A stretch of 63,865 nucleotides of DNA, the filler included, from Octopus bimaculoides (Eukaryota): the NCBI RefSeq assembly GCF_001194135.2. It is 6 parts of 5 records of this genome, joined end to end, with 100 filler letters (N's around TTAATTAATTAA, not from the genome) between each part and the next. Parts side by side here need not be neighbours in the genome. Positions count along the whole stretch, not along the records: positions 6,314 to 22,980 come from NC_068981.1; positions 23,081 to 49,685 come from NC_068981.1; 4 more parts are not named here. The stretch is one strand, 5' to 3'. Every line of letters begins with the position of its first letter. Position 1 is the first letter of the stretch. This document shows, piece by piece, positions 14,622 to 25,320 of the stretch. The notes beneath the pieces were generated by a model. It was given only the letters and a program-made list of their open reading frames with translations, was not told the DNA's origin and ran no database searches. Position numbers and translations under genes: made by a program.

Positions 14622-16158
14622 CTCTTTGTAGATGACCTGTAGGTCTATACTAAAAAAGGTTTACAATTTCAATAAACAACGGGAGGTAATACCATTTCAG
14701 CTGACATAGGAATGGAATTATTTGGCTGAAGAAGTGTTCACGTTTGATTGTTGAACATGGAAATTCATTTCCACTAACTCCAAGACCTATGCATCAACAG
14801 TCTCGCTATCACTACTGTTCCACACAAATACCTTGTCACTAATGAAAGCATTTCATACGAAGGCGTTGTGAATAAAGATATAAAAGAATAAAGAATAAAG
14901 AGTGACTCGAGAGTATTACACAGAACAATATGGTAGTCGAGCTCTTCGCTTCCAACAAGACAATATCCCAAAATGCATCTGCAGTAGCAGTGTAGATGTT
15001 AACATTTGGGAAACTTGACTGGTCTGTAGAGGAAATCTACTCAACAGATATACAAACTGCAAGATCCGAGCATCAACGGGAAACTTCCACACAAGTGGTG
15101 TTGTTGACAGCCTGGACTTCGAAAAAGAGACGAAGGACGTAGAGGCTTGAGATTTGTGCAGACAGCCTTCGAATATCGCATCGTATCTTTCAAAGAGCAT
15201 TTGTTAGACAAGAAGCAGCAAAAACGAAAATATAAACCTAGTGCTGGGAAGCGAAGAGAACAACATATGACAAGTTAGCATTGAGCTCCTCAGGAAGCAC
15301 TCTCTTCCAGACGAGCTGCCTCACAACCCAAAACAGATGCACCCGGATGTGAAGCGGGTATAATTATGTATAGTTGTTTCTGAAGGTTTAGAGATGACAC
15401 TAATATCGGCTTCAAATTTTGGTACAAGGCCAGCAAGTTCGGGGGAGGGAGAGCAAGTCGATTACATCGATTCCAGTGCTCAACTTGTACTTATTTCATC
15501 GACCCTGAAAGGATGAATGGCAAAGTCGACCTCGGCGGAATTTGAACTAAGAACGTAAAAAAGGGTGAAATGCCGCTAAACATTTTCTCCGGCGTTCTAA
15601 CGGTTCTGCCAGCTCGCCACTTTAAAGATGATATTAATATCAACATGAAGTGCAGCTTTTCTTAGACTTGCAACACATCACTACATCACATCACACGAGT
15701 GCAATCCTAGTGCAGGAAATTGCTTCACAGTACGCAGTACACAAAGGAGACATCTCTAAGATGTAACTTTGATATTGGCGGAGCATTCCATTGAAACTTC
15801 TACCAAATGCAAATATAACGGGCCGCATATAGTTCTTTGCGATAGACAAGAAAATGTATGTACTGTCATAGAAATCAACTGTTCTACTAATGTGAATTTC
15901 ACTTCGGAATGCAACGAGAAAGATGATAACTGCATAGAACTGCTTCGAAACTTCTAGCTTCTATACCCAGATCATAAATTTACATTTATACTACTAATAA
16001 TTGGTGCAGTTGTTTACATTAGAAAACATCTGAGTGGCAATCCGGAAAATTTAAGGTTTTCAGAAAAGGTAACCAACCAACTAAATTGCACTTTACATGC
16101 ACAATCTGTTTGCGGAACGGTGAATATATGCAAGACTTTTCCCAAGTTCAAAGTGTAA
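14622..16158 (+). mobile_element. Older degraded R4/Dong-type LINE (RT to endonuclease) interrupted by a SINE
   Basis: FVDDL*VY, SADIGME, GNFH..GRRGLR, then a degenerate copy of the 13748 endonuclease ending KTFPKFKV*. Confidence 0.75.
15405..15622 (-). mobile_element. tRNA-like-head SINE (family B). Other copies about 23580-23797(-), 28395-28610(-), 46185-46322(+)
   Basis: Shared segments GGCAAAGTCGACCTCGGCGGAATTTGAAC and CTGCCAGCTCGCC. Confidence 0.85.
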
Positions 16159-16311
16159 CATTGTTTCTGTTCTCTATATTCTAACGATGGAGTTTTGTAT
16201 GTTTGTTAGAAACCAGCTCCTTCCTAACCCGGAGACATCAAATAAGTAAAATAGAACATACGTATATACATGCTTATATGTATGTATATATATACATTTG
16301 CATATATATAA

Positions 16312-16351
<40 letters not shown>

Positions 16352-16599
16352 ATTTGTATCACCTGTTATTACTCAGAGTGGAGTTGCCTGCTATGCACTG
16401 TTTCATGCTGCCTGTAGCTGAAGCTGTATATCTGTCCGATCGATCCACATTGGTCGACAGTATGCATTTGAGATGTTGCTTCGTGTCCCAGCAGATGATT
16501 TAAGTATTAATATGTTTTTGAAACTTTAGGAAATTTTCTTGGAGAAGGATGTCAAAGTGAGATGACTTTCAATGCCAACAACAGAACACTTCTTGAATA

Positions 16600-17200
16600 T
16601 AACTTTTACTTCACCATTCTTATCAGCCTAAGAATAATTAATTATTTCGTCGTCATACTAGATTTGATAACCAGGAAACACAACCCATATAGAAAGCCAA
16701 TGCATGAGAACTCCAATCACCACTCAACCATTATTTAAACATTGTATATAGCTATAGTAGAACAATTTCCGGACAGCCAGCCGTGTCTTATTATAACCTC
16801 GTACTCTCTAGAGGTGGTTTGACCAGAAAATAGTACACAGGGAACATATTTCATAGAAAAACAACTGGAGGAAGAAATTATTATTTGGCCCAACCCGCCT
16901 TACAGCATTGCTATCATAAGAAGCATAGTAAGGAACTTTTTCAGTATATTAAGAATTCACTTCCAAGCCACACATAAATGCCTAATCTCTTTAGTAGCAA
17001 TAGTATGAAATCAAACTAACCTTGTCTGGACAGCATAATTTTCTAGATCTTAAGCCACGATCTATGATCTACATGAATGCAAATCCTACACTAACAACCA
17101 GCTTGTAACTGAAGAAATCCTCTAGATTACTCACTTAGAATGTCTTGTATCTAAGTGATCATATATAGAACAAGAGTAATAGCTTCTGACTGCGGATATT
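16600..17200 (+). mobile_element. Degraded Penelope-like element fragment
   Basis: PYRKP, IIWPNPPYS, RNFFSILRIHF resemble the PLE region IIWFNPPYS..FL.LIDKHF. Confidence 0.55.
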
Positions 17201-17304
17201 GCCTGTAGAGATAAAATGACTTTCTATTGATAATAACGAAAAGAAAAGTTGGTAACACATTTAGAGGGGAAGAGGTTCTGTTGATATCAAAATATCGGCA
17301 TGTA

Positions 17305-17690
17305 CACGCGCAGGCAAGGCCTTGTGGCAAGAAGTTTGCTTCCCAGCCACATGCTTCCGGGTTCTAACCCATGACGTGGCACCTTGGACAAGTGTTGCTC
17401 TGAGCAACACACACACACACACAAACATAAATATGAACGTATGTATACACGTGTGTGTGTGTGTGTGTGTGTGTGTCTTTGGGTTTCTGATTGTCCTATC
17501 TCCACTGCTTGACAAACGATGTTTTTTGTTTACGTCCTTGTAACTTAGTGGTTCGGCAAATAAGACCAATAGAATAAATATCAAGCTTAAAAAAAAAAGA
17601 ACCAAGTATGATGGTCAACTAAAACCTTTCAAGGAGGTGCCCCAGTATGGCCACAGTCAAATGATTGAAACAAATACATGATAAAAGACA
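17305..17690 (+). mobile_element. Bipartite SINE with central microsatellite (family A). Other copies about 11757-12020(-), 23905-24080(+), 25440-25810(-), 27690-28090(-), 37700-37940(-), 44165-44535(-), 47290-47435(-)
   Basis: Head GGCAAGAAGTTTGCTTCCCA..GGCACCTTGGACAAG, then CA/TG repeats, then a 3' half ending GGCCACAGTCAAATGATTGAAAC; repeated many times in the window. Confidence 0.88.
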
Positions 17691-17862
17691 TAGATGTCTC
17701 TATATCTTCGTATTAAAGAGATGATATTATTATAACTGCATAAAAATAAAATGATATTGTTGATAATTACAATGAAATAAGGCATTCTATTAATTACTAA
17801 TTTTAAAATGTGTTAAATGTTGTAAATGATTAAACACTCCCATTTTATTTTATTTTACAAAG

Positions 17863-17922
17863 CTGGAGAAGTTATCGTTATTGGACAACATAAATTGAAA
17901 ATGAAAAGTAACGATGGAAATG
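17863..17922 (+). CDS. Orphan internal exon candidate, phase 1-1 (GEVIVIGQHKLKMKSNDGN)
   Basis: ttttattttattttacaaag acceptor, G|gtagaa donor, 60 nt; would splice in frame to 19020. Confidence 0.4.
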
Positions 17923-18027
17923 GTAGAATGAATTTATGAAGAATATTGATATAAAATTGGAAAAAAGAACAAAAACCCCGAAAACGTAAAATTTGAAAAC
18001 AAACAAAAAAAAAAATTAATAAAGAAA

Positions 18028-18061
<34 letters not shown>

Positions 18062-18224
18062 TCAAGCAACTATGTTGATGAATTTTTTGTGTGTTGGTCA
18101 GATCCTTGTGATATTGTTGAGCCAACAAGAATCTCTTGCTAAGCGGAAAGGTGAATTTAAGCACATACATGCATACATGCATACATACATACATACATAC
18201 ATACAAACATGCATAGATACAAAT

Positions 18225-18295
<71 letters not shown>

Positions 18296-18313
18296 NNNNN
18301 NNNNNNNNNNNNN

Positions 18314-18563
18314 ATGGAGCAAAACGCATATAAATAAAAGTTCCTTTAAGTCCTACACATGTTTCAAAATATATGTTAGCTCTCCTTCAAAGAAGTAAGA
18401 GCTGCTGGAATTCCACATATATTCATCTTCAGGGAATCAACATATAAAAGCAAGACAAATGCGAAGTGATGAGGTAACTTCCGAGCTAAGATGTTACATG
18501 GCCAAGTGACCGTTAGTTCCTTAGAAATTAAAGGAACTTTTATTTATATGCGTTTTGCTCCAT
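18314..18563. mobile_element. MITE with 36-bp perfect terminal inverted repeats
   Basis: ATGGAGCAAAACGCATATAAATAAAAGTTCCTTTAA at 18314 and its exact reverse complement ending at 18563. Confidence 0.65.
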
Positions 18564-19019
18564 TTATTCTTATTATTCATATCTTCTCAAAATGTATCAC
18601 TTCAACTTGGTATCTCTACCTATAAAACGGCTGTGATATCCTGGTTTTTTGTGTAATTTTTGCTACCTATGGTAACTATTAACATATTTACATTGTCAAA
18701 GGTTTTTTAAAACTGAGATAATATTAATATATACAGAGAGAGAGAGAGAGAGAGAGAGGGAAGGAGATGGATAGATAGATAGATAGATATACACACACAT
18801 GCACTCGCACATATACATACGCATATGCATATACATATATGTATACATATGCACTCACATATACCTAAATACATGCATACATACGTACACACACACACGC
18901 ACGCACACATGCACGCACACACATACACACACACACGCGCACACACACACCAACTTTCAAAGGCGCCATTTTGTAGTTATCGCTTCTTTTTCCATTTCTA
19001 TTTCCGATTTCATTCAAAG

Positions 19020-19172
19020 GCTACAGCGGTTTAAGTAACGCTAATGGAAAGGTAGATTACATAACTTTCCATGAATTGTCAAATACACTTCCAGAAAATA
19101 ACGAAAATCATGGCGTTAAGAAGAACTTAACTGACGTAATGATAGTCAAAGACACGACCCACGTAACACCAG
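19020..19172 (+). CDS. Orphan internal exon candidate, phase 1-1 (YSGLSNANGKVDYITFHELSNTLPENNENHGVKKNLTDVMIVKDTTHVTP)
   Basis: Long pyrimidine tract + aag acceptor, CAG|gtgagg donor, 153 nt open in phase 1; product not recognised. Confidence 0.55.
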
Positions 19173-19911
19173 GTGAGGGTTTCTGTTGTGAAAATCGTTC
19201 AGTTTACATATTGCGTGCATGTATGTAGAAATACATTTTCATTTCCCATTTTAATTACTTGATTTGTTGTTGTATGTAAAAAGCCAGATTCTAAGAAGGA
19301 AACAAATCTATGTCACGTGTTCATTCTGAGAAAAGTCTTGCATATTTTTACTGTTCCGCTTACAAATTCTATTACTAACGTGCATGTTAGGAAAATTCTT
19401 TAAATTCTCTAAATCGTTTCAACTTTAAAGATGCGGTCACGCTGGGGCACAATCGTTAAAATAACAAGCCTATCCGGAGGAGAATCTTACCAGATCTTCC
19501 ACGTGATAGGTGGGGATACTTACCACTAAACTAGCGAGCTAGTTGATTTCATGTTCTGAAAACCTTAGCTTTTCCATATTGTCTCTTGCACAATTACTAA
19601 TATAATCAAGGGTGACATTTATCATTGGTATAAACGTGGATTTATAATCTGGGTATAAAATTGAGGACACGGAATCGTGCTTAGAAGATGATTTATATAA
19701 CTGTAATTCAATGAGTCAGCCTTGTCACATAAGGAGAAATTGATTCTACGTCAGGCGTCTACGTGTCTTTGGAATTCTAACCAACATCGCACAGAAATGT
19801 TAATAGACAGCTTGACCAATTAACCAAACAGCTGGACAATCATCCAATAAGTCCATACATATACATACATCAATACACATACACACACGTGCACACATAT
19901 ATTTATGTATG

Positions 19912-19965
<54 letters not shown>

Positions 19966-20599
19966 NNNNNNNNNNNNNNNNNNNNNNNNNNNNNNNNNNN
20001 NNNNNNNNNNNNNNNNNNNNNNNNNNNNNNNNNNNNNNNNNNNNNNNNNNNNNNNNNNNNNNNNNNNNNNNNNNNNNNNNNNNNNNNNNNNNNNNNNNNN
20101 NNNNNNNNNNNNNNNNNNNNNNNNNNNNNNNNNNNNNNNNNNNNNNNNNNNNNNNNNNNNNNNNNNNNNNNNNNNNNNNNNNNNNNNNNNNNNNNNNNNN
20201 NNNNNNNNNNNNNNNNNNNNNNNNNNNNNNNNNNNNNNNNNNNNNNNNNNNNNNNNNNNNNNNNNNNNNNNNNNNNNNNNNNNNNNNNNNNNNNNNNNNN
20301 NNNNNNNNNNNNNNNNNNNNNNNNNNNNNNNNNNNNNNNNNNNNNNNNNNNNNNNNNNNNNNNNNNNNNNNNNNNNNNNNNNNNNNNNNNNNNNNNNNNN
20401 NNNNNNNNNNNNNNNNNNNNNNNNNNNNNNNNNNNNNNNNNNNNNNNNNNNNNNNNNNNNNNNNNNNNNNNNNNNNNNNNNNNNNNNNNNNNNNNNNNNN
20501 NNNNNNNNNNNNNNNNTATATATATATATATATACATACATATACGTATATATAAAACAGAGACATGGCAGAAGTAAATAGACAACCTTATAACCATTA

Positions 20600-21486
20600 A
20601 AAATTTCTTTAAATCTGAAATTATGCATTCAAATTATTTATTAATTGTTATAATGTGAATATCTAATATTCAGTAGACACGCCCTTTACATTTTTCAATG
20701 AGAGGACACTATTAGGTATGTTACTGATCAAATGAATATTGTCTTGCGGAATTTCTTGCCAAGTTTCATGCAGTAATCTCAAAAGATCTGACTTTGGAGA
20801 TGCTTTCTTGTTCTTTTTATGAAGTATCCTGTCCATTATGTCCCACAGGTGTTCAATAGGGTTCATATCTGGTAACTGGCTTGGCCATGGAAGTTTTTTA
20901 ATACCATTCTCATCTAACTAATCTTAGCCGTGTGACAAGGAGCTCCGTCTTCCATAAATAGAGAGTCTTCTTTAATTATTTCACCACTGGAGAAGATTGG
21001 AAGGAGGCCTTTCTGCAATATGGACACATATTTATCTCAGTTTCTGTTTCCCTCACACTCCACCAGCTTTGATCAACCATTGCCCCAAATTGCTCCCCAA
21101 ATTATCACAGAATAGCTGCCGTGTTTCATTGTTGGCTGCAACCTTACATCATCAAATGCTTGACCACCGAGTCTCCAGGCCCACACTCGACCACTGTCGG
21201 GGAATACAGCAAATCTGGACTCATCAGAAAATATGACAGTGTCCCAAAATGCTAGTGGCCTCTCCACCATCTCACTAGCGCAATCCTTTCCCCGCTTGAT
21301 ATTGGCTGATCGAAGAAGTGGCTTCCTTCTTGTTGCTCTGTCATAGTAACCAAGTTTGTGGAGATACCTGACAGCTGTCCTGGGACTGACATCAACATGC
21401 TCTGCTATGTCAGAGGCTTTGCAACGAAGATTATCCTCCATACTTCTCTTAGCAAAGAAAAGAGTCCTGTCAGAATGCCCTGGTTG
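20600..21486 (-). mobile_element. Tc1 (DD34E-type) transposon remnant; 5' part lost in the gap
   Basis: RRKPLL, VIFSDES, MKHG..IIWGAI, FMEDGAPCH, WPSQLPDMNPIEHLW; frameshifts and a deletion. Confidence 0.92.
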
Positions 21487-22413
21487 NNNNNNNNNNNNNN
21501 NNNNNNNNNNNNNNNNNNNNNNNNNNNNNNNNNNNNNNNNNNNNNNNNNNNNNNNNNNNNNNNNNNNNNNNNNNNNNNNNNNNNNNNNNNNNNNNNNNNN
21601 NNNNNNNNNNNNNNNNNNNNNNNNNNNNNNNNNNNNNNNNNNNNNNNNNNNNNNNNNNNNNNNNNNNNNNNNNNNNNNNNNNNNNNNNNNNNNNNNNNNN
21701 NNNNNNNNNNNNNNNNNNNNNNNNNNNNNNNNNNNNNNNNNNNNNNNNNNNNNNNNNNNNNNNNNNNNNNNNNNNNNNNNNNNNNNNNNNNNNNNNNNNN
21801 NNNNNNNNNNNNNNNNNNNNNNNNNNNNNNNNNNNNNNNNNNNNNNNNNNNNNNNNNNNNNNNNNNNNNNNNNNNNNNNNNNNNNNNNNNNNNNNNNNNN
21901 NNNNNNNNNNNNNNNNNNNNNNNNNNNNNNNNNNNNNNNNNNNNNNNNNNNNNNNNNNNNNNNNNNNNNNNNNNNNNNNNNNNNNNNNNNNNNNNNNNNN
22001 NNNNNNNNNNNNNNNNNNNNNNNNNNNNNNNNNNNNNNNNNNNNNNNNNNNNNNNNNNNNNNNNNNNNNNNNNNNNNNNNNNNNNNNNNNNNNNNNNNNN
22101 NNNNNNNNNNNNNNNNNNNNNNNNNNNNNNNNNNNNNNNNNNNNNNNNNNNNNNNNNNNNNNNNNNNNNNNNNNNNNNNNNNNNNNNNNNNNNNNNNNNN
22201 NNNNNNNNNNNNNNNNNNNNNNNNNNNNNNNNNNNNNNNNNNNNNNNNNGATGTAAGGTTGCGAATTCTTTTTCTTTATTGAAGAACGATGAACAAAAAA
22301 ATGTTTTATTTTTATGTTCCACAGTAGTAGACCAGGGTTACCGAATGTGAGAAAAAGAATACATGAGTTACGGAATGGAGTAGGAAAAATGCAGGCTACT
22401 TATGTTTCATTGC

Positions 22414-22870
22414 GACTGGAACCTCAGAAGTGGTAAAACCCAAGTGAGGTGTATACCACCGGCTACTCTTCAGGCCAAGGATATCCTGATTGTCGAAAGG
22501 AGGTACAAGTTGATGAAAAGAGGATTCAATCAGAATGTACGGAGGCTACAGTATGTGAGGGCTGTCGCAAGGAGGTACATGTTGATGTAAAGAAGATTAA
22601 TTCAAAATGTGTAGAGGGTACAGTATGTGAGGGATATATCCCCCACATACTGTATCCTCCACACATTCTGATTGAATCAGTTTTGCGTCAACATGTACCT
22701 TCTTGCGATAACCCTCAAATACTGTGCTCTCCACATATTGAATCCTCTTTGTATCAACATGTACCTCCTTGTGACAATGTAGCTTTTAATCTAATCAAGA
22801 TTTCCTTGGCTTGAAGAGTAACCGGTGGTATATACCTCACTTAGATTCTACCATTTTTGAGGTTCCACTC
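22414..22870. mobile_element. ~457-bp foldback/MITE-like palindrome with internal 72-bp subrepeats
   Basis: The arms are reverse complements along their whole length, centred on GATATATC (22633-22640). Confidence 0.75.
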
Positions 22871-22936
22871 ATATCTGTGTATGTGTGTTTCTATGTGTTT
22901 ATAAGTACATGTGTGTGTGCGTGTGTGCGTGCGTGC

Positions 22937-22980
<44 letters not shown>

Positions 22981-25236
22981 NNNNNNNNNNNNNNNNNNNN
23001 NNNNNNNNNNNNNNNNNNNNNNNNTTAATTAATTAANNNNNNNNNNNNNNNNNNNNNNNNNNNNNNNNNNNNNNNNNNNNATATATATATATATATATAT
23101 AAGTATACATGTATGTGTGTATGTCTGTTTGTCCCTACCATCACTTGACAACTGATGTTGGTTTGTTTATGTCCCAGTAACTTAGCAGTTTTAAACAATA
23201 CATGTAACTCCCAATAAATGTGCTGAGTGCCTTTTCTTTCATTTGTCCACTCACCCATATATATATATATATATATATATATGATGAGCTTCCTCACAGT
23301 TTCCATCTACCAAATTCACTCACAAGGCCCTGAGCTATAGTAGTAGACACTTGCCGAAGGCATCATGCAATGGGACTGAACCTGAAACCACACAATTGCA
23401 ATGCAAGCTTCTTAACCACACACCCATATCTCTAAGAAACTAAATTTTCAGTTTGGTGTATTTATGTAAAAATGAAATTTACTTTTTCAATTAATGAAAT
23501 TTTATATATAAATTCATGTAAATTTCCTTTTCAATTTGGAGTCTTTCAATTTAGTAACTTAGACAAAGTGTAGTAGTATTGATTTCAATTTTGTGGCACA
23601 AAGCCAATAATTTCAGAAGAGGGAGTAAGATGATTACATCAACCACAGTATTCAACTGGTATTTATTTTATCGATCCCGAAAGGATGAAAAGTAAAGTCA
23701 ACCTCAGAGGGATTTGAACTCAGAATGTAAAGGCAGATGAAGTGCTACTAAGCATTTTGCCTGGTATGCTAACAGTACTACCAGCTCACTGCCCTAAGGT
23801 GTAGTATTATTGCTGCCTGACTCATGAATGATGAGTTCATTTTCAACATAGATGTTTCGCCATGTATCTGGGTCATACCAAACAAACCAAATCAACTCTC
23901 ATGAAGTGGCTGTGTGGTAAGAAGTGTTTGCTTCCCAATCACACGGTAACAGATTCAGTCCCACTGCATGGCATCTTGGGCAAGTGTCTTCTACAATAGC
24001 CTCAAGCTAACCAAAGCTTTGTGAGTGGATTTGGTAGATGGAAACTGAAAGAAGCCTGCGATGTGTGTGTGTGTGTGTGCGTGATATGGGAGTTAATTTT
24101 GGATATGTTTTGGTCTTATTCTAACCTCCTAAACAATATATATCCTTATATCATTTTATCAGATCACATTATTTTTAGTTAATACAAGCATTTTCCATGT
24201 TATAAAAGCATTATGTTCTGGAAAAACTTGTTGTAATGTGTTATTTTGATACATGAAACTTATTTTCCTGTTGACTTATTTCTATGTAACATGGAAGTGA
24301 TGGAGAAAATAGGTTTCAGACAATTGAATTCCACACAGAAGTAAGATTTTCAAGAATGCAGCTTTTCTATAATGCAGATGGGGTGGGGGATGCCTGTATA
24401 TTTACTGCTCCAGGCATTACACAATGCTTGCAGAGTTATGTACCTTGCTCAGGAATTCACCAAATAGCTATAGTTATATTTGACTTATGACCATGCAGAC
24501 GGTAATCCACTACTAAAACCTCACAACTGCTTTGCCTTGTTTCTTTTTTTTTTTTTTTCTATACTACCACAGGATGCAGAGATTTTTTTTTAAATAGCAG
24601 CTAAGCACACTAATTAACTCTAAATGTTTGCCTCTGCATAAGAAGTTGAAAGGCATGAATTACGAGCTATAGAAAAATTGCATTCAAATATATATATCAT
24701 CATCATCATTTAACATCTGATGTCCATGCTGGCATGGGTTGGATGGTTTTATCAGAGCTGGCAAGCTGGGGAGCTGCACCAGGCTCCAATCAGATTTGGA
24801 ATGGTTTTTGTTCAGCTGGATGCCCTTCCTGACACCAACCACTTTTCAGAGTGTGCTGGGTGCTTTTACGTGACTTCACATGAGCGTTTGTACATGGTAC
24901 CACAAAGGTGCTTTTACCTGACACCACACAGGCGCTTTTATGTGGTACTGTACAAATGCTTTTACATGGCACTGCCATGAGTAAAGATATGAGCACAGGT
25001 AAATACATCTGTATATAGACAGAACAGAGAACCGAGTTAGACACAGATAAACACATCTATAAATAGACAGAAAAGAGAACAGAATGAAACAGATAGAAAG
25101 CTTTGTGAAACAAAATGGAAAAATCATTAAAAAATCCTTTGAAATTACTCAGAATTTATGGTTTTGCATTTAGAAACAAAAAGCAGAATTTCACAATCAG
25201 AACCAGCAGAGCAGAATTTCCCAGAAGTTTATTCAC

Positions 25237-25320
25237 CTGATGTTCAAGATTTTGAATACGTTTCTGATTAGCAGCTCTTTCTTTTCCAAGTAACTTGTTC
25301 TCCTCAAAACGTTTTCCAGT
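25237..25320 (-). CDS. CEP162: CEP162-like exon (TGKRFEEN...QKRIQNLEHQ), phase 0-0
   Basis: Acceptor ttctcattgtag, donor CAG|gtgaat. Confidence 0.85.

Noticed and set aside
22491-22778. CRISPR-like or repeat-protein interpretation of the 72-bp units
   Set aside because: No unique spacers, half the units are inverted, no cas genes, and the context is eukaryotic.
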